Below, in pieces: positions 48,337-58,343 of a stretch of DNA of 64,000 bases. Below the pieces are notes generated by a model that saw only the letters and a list, made by a program, of their open reading frames with translations, was not told the DNA's origin and searched no databases. Every line of letters starts with the position of its first letter. The first letter of the stretch is position 1. Both the position numbers and the translations under genes were made by a program. The stretch comes from Candidatus Dojkabacteria bacterium (GTDB taxonomy: Bacteria; Patescibacteriota; Dojkabacteria; JAHIVN01), in the NCBI GenBank assembly GCA_016932045.1, contig JAFGDO010000032.1:21599-85598 (forward strand), read 5' to 3'.

Positions 48337-49857
48337 GTGGTTTCAAAAGTTCTATCCGCTGCAGTTATCGGACTTGATGCTCAGCTTGTGCATGTTGAGA
48401 TACACTTCTCTAAAGGAAAAAGTAAGTTCTTTATTGTCGGACTTCCTGATAAGGCATGCTCAGAATCAAAAGAGCGTGTCAGTGCAATTATTCAAAACTT
48501 TCTTGGAAGAAGACTCCCCGCAGGTACGTTTACAGTGAATCTGGCTCCCGCTGATATTCAAAAATCCGGACCCGTTTACGATTTGCCAATTGCCGTTGGG
48601 ATTTTAAATTGCATTGGTGAGATAAACCTTAAGCCGCAGAACAAACTTTTCATTGGAGAGCTCAGTTTGGATGGAAACACAAGACACACCAACGCAATAC
48701 TTCCAATAGCCGATCTTGCAAAAAAGAAAGGAATAAATGACTTGTTCGTGCCCAGCATAAATGCGGAAGAAGCAAGGCTTATCCCTGGCCTAAACGTTCT
48801 TCCAGTAAAGAATTTAAGTGAGACTGTTAAACATTTAAATGGAATAAACACTATTCAAAAACCCAAGTCATATCCCCGGAGTGTTCCACCGGAACAGGGA
48901 TGGGGTGAGTATGATATGTCATACATCCGTGGTCAGGAACAAGCAAAAAGGGCACTTGAAATAGCAGCAGCTGGGAGACACAACTTTCTGATGTCCGGCT
49001 CGCCAGGATCAGGCAAAACAATGCTTGCTCGAACTTTACCAACAATTCTTCCTCAAATGACCGTTGATGAAAGTCTTGAAGTAACAAGAATATACTCAGT
49101 AGCAGGAATGCTAGAAAAAGACCAGGGGTTATGTATGACAAGACCTTTCAGAAAACCGCATCATACAATAAGTCACGTCGCACTTGTTGGCGGCGGAACT
49201 GTACCAAGACCAGGAGAGATTTCCCTTGCACATAGGGGAGTTTTATTTCTTGACGAATTCGCGGAATTCTCAAATAAAGCCCTAGAATCGCTCCGTCAGC
49301 CCTTAGAAGATGGTCTGATAACAATTTCAAGAGCAAAAGGCACATTAACTTTTCCCGCAAATCTTATGATGGTTGCAGCAATGAATCCATGCAAATGCGG
49401 CTGGCTTGGCGACTCAAAACGAGAATGTACTTGTACGCCAAATGATGTGACAAGATATCGGAAAAAAATATCCGGTCCAATCCTTGACAGGATAGATATA
49501 AAGATAAATGTAGAGAGGGTAGAGTATGATAAACTCAGTAGAAATCAAATCACGCAAACATCAAAGCAAATACAAAAAAGAGTAAGCAATGCAAGTAGAA
49601 TTCAATTCAAAAGATTCAGGGGAACAAAATTAAAATCAAACAGCGACATGAGCCAAAGAGAAATAAAAAAATATATAAATCTTGATAAACAGTGTTTACT
49701 CCTGCTTGAGAAGGCTATGAATTCTTTTAATTTTTCTGCCCGCAGTTATTTCCGTCTTCTTAAAGTTGCACGAACTATTGCCGATCTAGAAGGGTGGGGA
49801 AGCGTACAAGAACAACATATTGCCGAATCACTAAGCTTTAGAATGGATGAACTTTAG
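48337..49857 (+). CDS. YifB/ComM-family Mg-chelatase-like AAA+ ATPase
   Basis: 506 aa. N-terminal Lon-like domain AAVIGLDAQLVHVEIHFSKG...GLPD; AAA+ Walker A SGSPGSGKTMLAR; Walker B VLFLDEFAEF; C-terminal Mg-chelatase region. Confidence 0.8.
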   Translation: MVSKVLSAAVIGLDAQLVHVEIHFSKGKSKFFIVGLPDKACSESKERVSAIIQNFLGRRLPAGTFTVNLAPADIQKSGPVYDLPIAVGILNCIGEINLKPQNKLFIGELSLDGNTRHTNAILPIADLAKKKGINDLFVPSINAEEARLIPGLNVLPVKNLSETVKHLNGINTIQKPKSYPRSVPPEQGWGEYDMSYIRGQEQAKRALEIAAAGRHNFLMSGSPGSGKTMLARTLPTILPQMTVDESLEVTRIYSVAGMLEKDQGLCMTRPFRKPHHTISHVALVGGGTVPRPGEISLAHRGVLFLDEFAEFSNKALESLRQPLEDGLITISRAKGTLTFPANLMMVAAMNPCKCGWLGDSKRECTCTPNDVTRYRKKISGPILDRIDIKINVERVEYDKLSRNQITQTSKQIQKRVSNASRIQFKRFRGTKLKSNSDMSQREIKKYINLDKQCLLLLEKAMNSFNFSARSYFRLLKVARTIADLEGWGSVQEQHIAESLSFRMDEL

Positions 49858-49981
49858 CTGAACTTCAAAACTTAAATACAGGCCAAAGGGCTTAAGCCCC
49901 TTGGTCTTTTTATAAATAAATCTCACCAAAAAATACATTTTCTGGTAAAATAAGGATAGATTACAATAATTAAAAGCTGAA

Positions 49982-50563
49982 ATGGATAAAGTATTGCAAA
50001 TCGGAGAATCTAACCTAGAGAAAAAATCAAAACCGGTTAAAGACATAAGATCAACAGATACTCAAAAACTGATAGATCAGCTTTTGAGCATCTGTCAGAG
50101 TGAGGAGAAAAAGACCGGAGGATTGGCTGCACCTCAAATTGGTGAAAACATCCAAATTTTTGTTGCAAGAAGGGCTGATATTGAAGACAAGTATCTAGAC
50201 AAAGATAAAAAAGTCCCTAAAGAAATTCGGGAAAACTTATGGGAAGTAATTATCAACCCCGAAGTATTGGAACTAGGGAAGAAAAAAAGTACTTATTGGG
50301 AGGGATGTTTAAGCGTAAAAAATGGAGAAGTATTTGGCCCGGTGAAAAGGCCATCTATGGTTAGAATCAGGTACAAGGACCGCACAGGAAAAGAAAAGGA
50401 ACTAACTGCAAAGAACTTCTTTGCACATATAGTCTTGCATGAACTAGATCATTTGAAAGGAATCTTATTTGTTAAGTATATTGATAAGCTAACAAATCTT
50501 TGGAAAAGCAGAGACCTGGATAAATACTTAGAAGAGTATGGTGACTTTCCTGAGGTAATCTAA
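49982..50563 (+). CDS. def: peptide deformylase
   Basis: Motifs GLAAPQIG, EGCLS and HELDHLKG (metal ligands). Confidence 0.9.
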   Translation: MDKVLQIGESNLEKKSKPVKDIRSTDTQKLIDQLLSICQSEEKKTGGLAAPQIGENIQIFVARRADIEDKYLDKDKKVPKEIRENLWEVIINPEVLELGKKKSTYWEGCLSVKNGEVFGPVKRPSMVRIRYKDRTGKEKELTAKNFFAHIVLHELDHLKGILFVKYIDKLTNLWKSRDLDKYLEEYGDFPEVI

Positions 50564-51021
50564 TTCCTATATATCAAACACTATTTCAAATCGTAAAAAG
50601 ATTCATTAGCACTTCGCTAAAATACATTAAAATTTAGTCATTTTCTCCACACCATCTCAACTATAGGGTAGAAGTATTAGTATACATTGCATCGGTACCT
50701 TGTTTGGTTAATATGTCTCCAGTGATAGATGTCTTTGTATAACCAAGCTTTTACTTTTTAGAAAATACTTAACAATATAAGCTTGTTACAAAAACACAAA
50801 TAATCATATTCTTTTAAATCGTCCATAAATCGCCTATTTATGGCAACTTTCCCACCTTTATGCGTATCTTGAGTTAAAATCTTACTATCTTTAAATTTAG
50901 CTGTTTAATGTAGTAAAGTATACGAAACCCTGATGTTCAATCATAATCCCATCAAAATTATCCTTATAATATAGGCACTATTAATTTACAATTGAGAAAG
51001 ATATTGATACTATAGGGATTC

Positions 51022-51050
51022 TTGACATAAATCGAGTTTACGCCTATATT
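51022..51050 (+). promoter_or_regulatory. sigma70-type promoter (TTGACA, 17 bp, TATATT) upstream of hup
   Basis: TTGACA at 51022-51027 and TATATT at 51045-51050. The RBS GAAAGGAGGA lies just before the ATG at 51169. Confidence 0.45.
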
Positions 51051-51168
51051 ATAGTATAAACCCAAAGTCCTTTATAAGGACCTTAAAGAATTACTGTCCG
51101 TTTGGGCACCGTGCATTTTAATTAATTTTCAAATGCATGGAATACTAGAGAAAGGAGGATAAGCACAT

Positions 51169-51441
51169 ATGAATAAGCAATCGCTTGTAAACATGTTGGC
51201 TGATAAAACCGGCATGACAAAGAAAGGTGCTGCTGAGGCATTAGACACAGTTCTCAATGCAGTAGTTGATGCACTTCGAAAAGGTGAAAAGGTAACCATA
51301 ACTGGTTTCGGAACCTTTGAAGTACGAAGCAGGAAAGCACGAACTGGTCGAAATCCTCAAACAGGAGCTGAGATCACAATTCCTGCAAGGAAAGTAGCAG
51401 CTTTCAGAGCCGGAAAAGCTCTTAAAGACGCAGTTAAATAA
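51169..51441 (+). CDS. hup: DNA-binding protein HU
   Basis: 90 aa. [28 protein letters not shown]...[44 protein letters not shown] is a canonical HU/IHF fold. Strong Shine-Dalgarno. Confidence 0.9.
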   Translation: MNKQSLVNMLADKTGMTKKGAAEALDTVLNAVVDALRKGEKVTITGFGTFEVRSRKARTGRNPQTGAEITIPARKVAAFRAGKALKDAVK

Positions 51442-51462
51442 AAGCCTTTAGAATAAAGACTT

Positions 51463-51498
51463 TTTTTGACCCTGTAAAAAAGCAGGGTCTTTTTTTTG
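51463..51498 (+). terminator. rho-independent terminator after hup
   Basis: Hairpin gaccctg-taaaaaag-cagggtc (51468-51489) followed by TTTTTTTT (51490-51497). Confidence 0.6.
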
Positions 51499-51523
51499 TA
51501 TGAAGGGAAATATGTAAATCGGC

Positions 51524-52603
51524 TTAGGCAAGCCCCCTAAGAAACGCTGGGTGACAAAAATTACCAAGCATTGAGTGTGTTCCTTCACAGGCAGTCCAGC
51601 AGTTAGGACATTTCTTAAGATATATAGTCTTAAGTAAATTTTTGTACTTCTTGCTACTTATAATCTTCCTTAAATCGTAATCAAAGTCTCGGATATTACC
51701 CAATTTTGAATTCCAAATAATACAAGGATATAAAAAGCCTTGAGGATCAAGAAATACTGAAGAAGCTAATGATTTACAGGGTAGGGGAGTAGTGCCACTT
51801 TCCAGGTATTCAATGGCTAAATTTTGAAATATCCTCTCTGCCATTGCAGCTACACCACCCATTGCGTTGTAATGTTTCAAAAAAAATCTCAGGTCCCGCG
51901 TTGCTAGTTTTGTATACTTATTCTGAACTTTTTTAGCAGTGTTATCACCATAATAATGGCTTGAAGTATTAAATGTATTTATATGAATATCGTTGACTGA
52001 AAAGTCTGATATTTCCTCACTCATCTTATTTACAAAACTTTCAAACTTCCCGGCACTCTCTGGATAAATAGTATATCCGATCTGTGCCTTCACTCCAGGC
52101 AACTTTCTTAATTCCTTGTAAGAGGTTACGGCTTTTGTATACGCCCCTTTTAAGCCTCTAAGTTTGTCGTGAAGAATACGTTCACCATCCAAACTTACTG
52201 TAACCATAAGAAATGGAATTTGCTTTTTGCTGAGTTTCCTGGCCATATCTACTATCCTCTCCGTTAACAACCCATTTGTTGTCATTGTTAGCATATACAG
52301 GTCCTTATTAAATTCAGTAATAATGTCAAAAACCTTTTCTATGTCCTCTCTCAGGAAAAGCTCCCCTCCCGTTAGTGTCATCCAGTTAAATTGATAGTTC
52401 TTAAAAAATCTCTCTATTTCATACAACACTAGTTCATCTCTGGGTTTAAGCTTCCAGATATTGCAGTTCAGACATCGGTGGTTGCATCTATATGTCAAGG
52501 CAAAGTTTAACTTATAGGGCCTTGAAAGAGGCAGATTCGATCTAAAAACTTTCCTATAGAATCTAAAAGTTTTGTTCATTCTTTTATTCTCTAACTCAGG
52601 CAA
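51524..52603 (-). CDS. radical SAM enzyme with a C-terminal SPASM/twitch-like Cys cluster
   Basis: CNHRCLNCNIW (CxxxCxxC) near the N-terminus and C-terminal cysteines (...PLPCKS...YPCIIWN...CPNCWTACEGTHS). 359 aa. Confidence 0.75.
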   Translation of the reverse strand: MPELENKRMNKTFRFYRKVFRSNLPLSRPYKLNFALTYRCNHRCLNCNIWKLKPRDELVLYEIERFFKNYQFNWMTLTGGELFLREDIEKVFDIITEFNKDLYMLTMTTNGLLTERIVDMARKLSKKQIPFLMVTVSLDGERILHDKLRGLKGAYTKAVTSYKELRKLPGVKAQIGYTIYPESAGKFESFVNKMSEEISDFSVNDIHINTFNTSSHYYGDNTAKKVQNKYTKLATRDLRFFLKHYNAMGGVAAMAERIFQNLAIEYLESGTTPLPCKSLASSVFLDPQGFLYPCIIWNSKLGNIRDFDYDLRKIISSKKYKNLLKTIYLKKCPNCWTACEGTHSMLGNFCHPAFLRGLA

Positions 52604-52642
52604 AACAAATCATATCAATTTAATCTGCAGATTGGAAATCGA

Positions 52643-54169
52643 TTAAGGAGCACAATAAATCTTGGGATTGTAGAATCCATAGGCATCTTCACCAGGACCA
52701 ACTATTTCTAAAAGTAACTCCCAATTTTCAGGGATTTCATGATTTTGTATAAAGAGAGGAAACCTGCCCATCGTTTCTAAATGCTCAAATGATACTCTCG
52801 AACCATCAACTATCACGTAAGCATCCTTAATGTCCTCTGGCAAATTAACCGAATCAATATTGTATGTCTCATATCTATATCCACTATAGGTGTCTATATA
52901 GGCAAGTGTGCCCCAATCAGTATAGATCTTCCTTCGGGGCTGAGTTTCAAGATACTCATAAGTCCTGTGAAAATCATAAAAAGAGATCTCGTAGACTTTC
53001 CACGACTTAACTAAATAGTAGGGAGTAGTAAATATCGTTACAGTCAATGCGAATAAAGAAACGTACCAATAATAAACTTTATGAGCTTTGAATTTAAAAT
53101 CCTTCAAAAGAAGCACTACTGCTCTAGATATCAACAGTACAGTGAACGGAACAAATCGAATCAGATACCTCATCCACTTAATCATAGGCCTTCCGGTTGT
53201 TGTCATAATCCCGAACTGCATATAAGCAAATATCGATAAAACAAAAACCGCAAATACAAGAGATTTTTTATCTCTTCTGTAAATCAAATATGGTAAAAGC
53301 AAAACAAATAGATAGGCAAATAAACCAAAATGGCCCTCATGTGAAAAGAAATTTGGATCAATAACACGGAATAAAACTCGCGGATAATAATTTAGCGCTG
53401 TATTCGTATTTACTCGTATCTCCTCCTCATGCCCGACTTTAAGCCGCCATAACCATTCATGCCTATAAAAATAATAAAGAATATTTTCTGCCATAAAAAT
53501 AGGTAAGAAGCCTACTAATATGAGAATATACTCTTTCCTAAACTTCCTATTGAGTATTATATATATGACAAAGAATGGTGCTAAAAATACACCTGAAATA
53601 TTCGCAAGATAACTGCAGCCCCAAAATACTCCAGATAGTAATAGCATAATGTTTGAGGAAATTCGGAGCCCCAAAAATGGTGATTTCTTTTCAGCACATA
53701 AAAATGAATATATACTCAAAAGCCAGAATAAGGTTAAGGGTATACTTGGAACAAGTTGAGTTGCATAAACAGCTTCAAGAGGAAAAATCGAATACAAAAA
53801 AGCCGACAACAATGCCGTCTTCTCACCAAAGATAAGCTTTCCAATTTTATAAGTAAGAATAATGCTAAGTAGAGAACAAAAAAGCGGGAAAGTTCCAGCA
53901 TTGACATTAGAAGCTCCAAAAATTCTATAGAGAATGCTTAGTGGCACAACTACCATAAGTCTTAAAGAAGCCATAATTTCAAAGGGGTAGGCTGAAAAAC
54001 CATGATTAGCAAAATTCCAGGCTGTATTAGAATAAACAAAATCATCATTACCCCCGATACCAACAAAGAAGTACAGACGTAAAAAAAGTGCAAAAGCCAA
54101 TATAACTATTAGCTTAAAGTCTATATTTTTTAATTTAATGAGAATTTTTTTAGTCACTTCCTTCTTCAT
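52643..54169 (-). CDS. GT-C fold membrane glycosyltransferase (PMT/ArnT-like, GT39/GT83-type)
   Basis: 508 aa and polytopic. The first periplasmic loop carries GGNDDFVYSN (acidic DD/DE motif), and the architecture matches PMT_2-type dolichyl/polyprenyl-phosphate-sugar-dependent transferases. Confidence 0.55.
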   Translation of the reverse strand: MKKEVTKKILIKLKNIDFKLIVILAFALFLRLYFFVGIGGNDDFVYSNTAWNFANHGFSAYPFEIMASLRLMVVVPLSILYRIFGASNVNAGTFPLFCSLLSIILTYKIGKLIFGEKTALLSAFLYSIFPLEAVYATQLVPSIPLTLFWLLSIYSFLCAEKKSPFLGLRISSNIMLLLSGVFWGCSYLANISGVFLAPFFVIYIILNRKFRKEYILILVGFLPIFMAENILYYFYRHEWLWRLKVGHEEEIRVNTNTALNYYPRVLFRVIDPNFFSHEGHFGLFAYLFVLLLPYLIYRRDKKSLVFAVFVLSIFAYMQFGIMTTTGRPMIKWMRYLIRFVPFTVLLISRAVVLLLKDFKFKAHKVYYWYVSLFALTVTIFTTPYYLVKSWKVYEISFYDFHRTYEYLETQPRRKIYTDWGTLAYIDTYSGYRYETYNIDSVNLPEDIKDAYVIVDGSRVSFEHLETMGRFPLFIQNHEIPENWELLLEIVGPGEDAYGFYNPKIYCAP

Positions 54170-54182
54170 ACCTTATCACTGT

Positions 54183-55829
54183 TTACTCTAAATTATCAGT
54201 TGACTCACTTTTAATTCCTTTAATCTCATATAAAACATATTCTGTTCCCCTCGTTTTCTGTTGGATGACACTTTCAAGCTCAAAATTCTGTAGAACATAA
54301 TTTTGGCAAAAATCAGCAATACTAGATTGTTCTGGTGAAAGAGAACACCAAAAGCCAAAGTGAAAATAATATTTCTCGCCTTTATTGGTATCTAAATAAC
54401 TTTGAACTAAAGCCTTATCATAAAGAATATCCGTTGATTTTGTGTTAATTTCATCAATATGATAACTGAATCCAGTATTTGTAAAAACGTAGTCATCTTC
54501 ATCTATATGATTCTTTATATCGTTACCTATAAACTCTATATCCCAAAGTGCCTGCCAACCTTCTTGACCTCGATATTTCATTCTCGGAATCAAAAGTACT
54601 CCATTAACTAAAATTGGGATAACAAGAAATAAAATTGTCCTTGTATCTCCGAACTTTTTCATAATGTTAAATAATCCTATTGAGAGACTGACAATAAACG
54701 GCGTTATGGAGGTAAGAGCGTAACGTATGTCCGCACCATATCTATAGGAACCTGCATAGAAGAAGAGGTATACACCAAAACTAAATATAAATGCCAAGGA
54801 AAAGAATTCTATAATCCTAGATCTTTTCGAGATGAAAATACCTAAAATTAATAATAGTGCTAATATAGGGAATTCTTTATTTTGAATAAAAAATCCTATA
54901 TTTGCATTAAAATTTCGAACAAAGTAAGCAGTGCTAAAGGTAGCCCCATCCGTGGCTCCCCACGGATCGTTTCTGACATGTAAATAGTGAATTAGAATTG
55001 GTATCAGTAACAAGAAACCTAGTAGCAAATATGACATTGGGACGAAGGATTTCTGCTTAATTATAGAGAGTGAGATCTTATGATAACTAACAAGTAGATA
55101 GATAATTGGAAACACAAGAAGCACAAATTCGTATCTTGTGTAAACTGATAATACGAATAGAAAAATTCCAAGTCCTAAGAAGTCTGCCTTTCGAGTTTTT
55201 ATAAATACCAAGAATGCAAGTAAAGTGGCCGTTAAGTACAAGGAACTTATCGGCTCTGCAGCTGCAGAATTATGCCAATGTGCAACAATAGGAATGAGAG
55301 AGTATAAGAAAACAGAAAATATACCAACTTTAAAATCCTTTGTTACTATATATGTAGTAATAAATATCAAAATTATAGAAACAGCAAAAACTATATTGTT
55401 AAAAAGAAATGCGTTTGCACGAGATACATCAAAGATTCTAAAAAACATAGAAAGAGAAAGAGCATATCCTGGAGGTTGCTTATTTAACAACCATGTATTA
55501 CAGAAATATTCACCGTTCAAAAAATTACCATCAGTACAATACTGATTACGTTCGAACGCAATAACATTTTGTGCAGTATTTATATATATATCCTCGTCGT
55601 ATAAGATTCTCTCAGATTTCGGCGAAATAAAACTATTAAAAAAGACCAATCCCGTAATTATTAGTAACAAAAATATCAACTGTCTCTTTGTAAAATTCTT
55701 TGTAAAAAAATTCACAATCAATCGGCTATTCTTTAGGAAGATTATAAGAATAAGCGTGATAAGGATGTAGAAAATTAGAGGCTCATACTTTTGCAAAAAA
55801 TCTCTAACAGCGAGGCTTTCGAAATTCAT
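54183..55829 (-). CDS. second GT-C fold membrane glycosyltransferase (PMT/ArnT-like)
   Basis: 548 aa and polytopic. An early loop carries ILYDEDIYINTAQN (DE motif). Similar topology to the preceding gene. Confidence 0.5.
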   Translation of the reverse strand: MNFESLAVRDFLQKYEPLIFYILITLILIIFLKNSRLIVNFFTKNFTKRQLIFLLLIITGLVFFNSFISPKSERILYDEDIYINTAQNVIAFERNQYCTDGNFLNGEYFCNTWLLNKQPPGYALSLSMFFRIFDVSRANAFLFNNIVFAVSIILIFITTYIVTKDFKVGIFSVFLYSLIPIVAHWHNSAAAEPISSLYLTATLLAFLVFIKTRKADFLGLGIFLFVLSVYTRYEFVLLVFPIIYLLVSYHKISLSIIKQKSFVPMSYLLLGFLLLIPILIHYLHVRNDPWGATDGATFSTAYFVRNFNANIGFFIQNKEFPILALLLILGIFISKRSRIIEFFSLAFIFSFGVYLFFYAGSYRYGADIRYALTSITPFIVSLSIGLFNIMKKFGDTRTILFLVIPILVNGVLLIPRMKYRGQEGWQALWDIEFIGNDIKNHIDEDDYVFTNTGFSYHIDEINTKSTDILYDKALVQSYLDTNKGEKYYFHFGFWCSLSPEQSSIADFCQNYVLQNFELESVIQQKTRGTEYVLYEIKGIKSESTDNLE

Positions 55830-55843
55830 TTTTCAGAATGAGT

Positions 55844-56539
55844 TCAAAAGAATAAATACTTAACAAGAGAAAACAGATACCTGTGTGCCTGTTTTAATAC
55901 ACTGATTCTTGAAGTTCCATACTTCCTTTTATATTCGTGAGTAGGAACTTCGTCAATTCTATACCCCTTTTTAAGTGTTTTCATAATCATTTCCTGTTCA
56001 ATTGTCGTAGAATCCTCCTTAAGGTCTAATTCCTTCAGAACCTTTCCCTTAACAGCACGAAATCCATTCTGGCTGTCACTTAGACGAACATTAAATCGCG
56101 CGTTAATGCACCAAGTCACAAAAGCCGATCCTGCAAGACGTAAGAATTCATCAAAAGTTCCATGAAGTTCATCAGAGCCGCCAAGCAATCTGCTACCAGT
56201 AACATGATCCGCCTTGGATTCAAAAATAGGTTTAACCAGTTTAGGAATTTCATCTGGATCATGCGAACAATCTGCATCCATAAAAACAAACACCGGATAA
56301 TTCTTCTTTTTAACTGCAATTCGTATCGCATTCCCTTTTCCTTTACCTTCATCATATAAAATGCTAGCCCCAGACTTACGTGCTATCTGAACAGTCTTAT
56401 CTTTTGAATGACCGTCCACTATACATACCTCAGAAGCATATTTTTTAGCACGATTCACAAGATCCCCAATAGTCTTTTCCTCATTAAGAGTGCAAATGAC
56501 AACCCCAATATTATTTTTCCACTTGCATGACCTAGGCAT
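55844..56539 (-). CDS. GT2 polyprenol-phosphate sugar synthase (Dpm1/Ppm1-like; dolichol-phosphate mannosyltransferase family)
   Basis: 231 aa. VVICTLNEEKTIGDLV ... VCIVDGHSKDKT ... VFMDADCSHDP (DxD) is the typical GT-A DPM-synthase pattern. Confidence 0.7.
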   Translation of the reverse strand: MPRSCKWKNNIGVVICTLNEEKTIGDLVNRAKKYASEVCIVDGHSKDKTVQIARKSGASILYDEGKGKGNAIRIAVKKKNYPVFVFMDADCSHDPDEIPKLVKPIFESKADHVTGSRLLGGSDELHGTFDEFLRLAGSAFVTWCINARFNVRLSDSQNGFRAVKGKVLKELDLKEDSTTIEQEMIMKTLKKGYRIDEVPTHEYKRKYGTSRISVLKQAHRYLFSLVKYLFF

Positions 56540-58267
56540 TTACTTCTTTGTTATTAAGTAATTGTTCATTATCAAGCAATCAACATCTGATTCGACAAGC
56601 ACCTCGAGGGCATCAGAAGGGCTATTCACAATCGGATACCCGTGCAAATTAAAACTCGTATTTAGAATCACACCAAGGCCAGTTCTCTTCTTTACCTCCC
56701 TAATCAATTCATGGTAAACCTTGTTATGGCTTAATACAATTTGCGGTCTACAAGATCCGTCAATATTTATTACACCATTAAGATCTTTTCTTTTTTTATA
56801 TTTAACAAAATACCCCATTGTCATGAACTCGTTTGGAGTTCCCTTTAACTCAGTAAATAACTTTTTTGCATCTGCAAGTAACATGGAGGGACAAAATGGT
56901 TGATACCAAACACGTTTTTTTATCTTTAGATTTAAGTCGTCCTTTATGCTCTCAGAACCAGGAAGGGCCAAAATAGATCTATGCCCAAGCGCTCTTGGAC
57001 CAAACTCCATGTTACCTTGATACCAAAGAACTATATTCCCCTTTGCTACCAAAGAGGCTCCTGTCTTTACTGGATCAACTTCCCGTAGATTCACTTTATA
57101 TCTTTCTATTTCCTCTCGGATTTGATCCTCTGGAAATTCTGGTCCCAGAAAGCAATCCCGAAATTTTACCTTTCTTATTCCCTGATGTTTATAAACGTAA
57201 AATGCTACTGCACCAAGTGCTAGACCTCCATCTCCCATATGTGGGAAGATAAACATATCTGTAACCTCATTTAGTGACATTATTTTATGATTCAACTTTA
57301 TATTTGCAGCAACTCCACCAGCAAAAACAATTTTATTATAACCCGTCTTTTTAAGCCAAAATCTTACAAATTTTAATGCATAATATTCCAAGGTCTTTTG
57401 AGCCAAATACGCGAATCTTTCAAACGGGTATTTCCACAGTATCCTTTTCAACTCTTTATACATACAGTTAGAACTATATTTAGCTCTAAGTTCTCCTTTC
57501 TGAAAAGTAAAAAAGCTCATGAGCGGATTCTCTTCTTTTTTAATGGGTATAGAATAATCTGCAAGGGCCATAGCCTTTCCCTCATCTTCAAGCTCTCTCA
57601 TATTAAGCAGATTTGTCACATGCTCGAAAAATATTCCCAACGAATGACGACCAGACTGCTTATGCACCAAATTAAGCTCTTTTCCGTCCGCCTCCCAAAC
57701 AGAACCGGACAAACCATCGCCAATACCATCAAGTGTTATCACGAGACACTTTTTAAATTTAGAAGACATATAAGCACCATATGCATGAGCAGTATGGTGA
57801 TCAACGTTTACTAGTGTTTCTGGATCTATTCCCACGTTCTTCAGGTTCTTTTTAATAATGAAATCTGAAATAGCCCTAGAGAGCAAATTAGGCGAGAGTT
57901 CAGTAAAAAAGTACTTAAATCTTTTTTGAAAATTCGTAAAAGACCCTGGATAGATTTTTTTTCTTCTTATCAGATAATATTTTTCTTTAAGTCCTGGAAT
58001 TAGCCTTGTAAGTGTTTTGGCAGGATCAGAAGTAGAATATGCTGCTATTTGAATTTCACCTGGATCTATCTCCAAATACTTTAAGCCTCGTTTAATGGAG
58101 TTGAGCGGGAACCCAACCTCAAGTTTCCTTCTCGTAAATCTCTCTTCATTAGCTGCAAATAATATCTCACTACCTCGTAAGAAAGCAGCTCCTGAATCAT
58201 GTCCATCCCATATCCCAAGTGTTATATTTTGTTCTATATTTTTCCGCTTCATAAAGGATAAGTACAA
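56540..58267 (-). CDS. carbamoyltransferase (NodU/CmcH family)
   Basis: 575 aa. N-terminal NITLGIWDGHDSGAAFLRGSEILFAANEERFTRRK is the ASKHA/Kae1-like carbamoyltransferase N-domain; the C-terminal YrdC-like part contains LNTSFNLHGYPIV. Confidence 0.75.
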   Translation of the reverse strand: MYLSFMKRKNIEQNITLGIWDGHDSGAAFLRGSEILFAANEERFTRRKLEVGFPLNSIKRGLKYLEIDPGEIQIAAYSTSDPAKTLTRLIPGLKEKYYLIRRKKIYPGSFTNFQKRFKYFFTELSPNLLSRAISDFIIKKNLKNVGIDPETLVNVDHHTAHAYGAYMSSKFKKCLVITLDGIGDGLSGSVWEADGKELNLVHKQSGRHSLGIFFEHVTNLLNMRELEDEGKAMALADYSIPIKKEENPLMSFFTFQKGELRAKYSSNCMYKELKRILWKYPFERFAYLAQKTLEYYALKFVRFWLKKTGYNKIVFAGGVAANIKLNHKIMSLNEVTDMFIFPHMGDGGLALGAVAFYVYKHQGIRKVKFRDCFLGPEFPEDQIREEIERYKVNLREVDPVKTGASLVAKGNIVLWYQGNMEFGPRALGHRSILALPGSESIKDDLNLKIKKRVWYQPFCPSMLLADAKKLFTELKGTPNEFMTMGYFVKYKKRKDLNGVINIDGSCRPQIVLSHNKVYHELIREVKKRTGLGVILNTSFNLHGYPIVNSPSDALEVLVESDVDCLIMNNYLITKK

Positions 58268-58343
58268 TTGTATGGTATTATATAAAAACGCAAGAAAATA
58301 TTGAAATAAATTTGAGGGCAGACAGAAGGATATATATGAAGTA

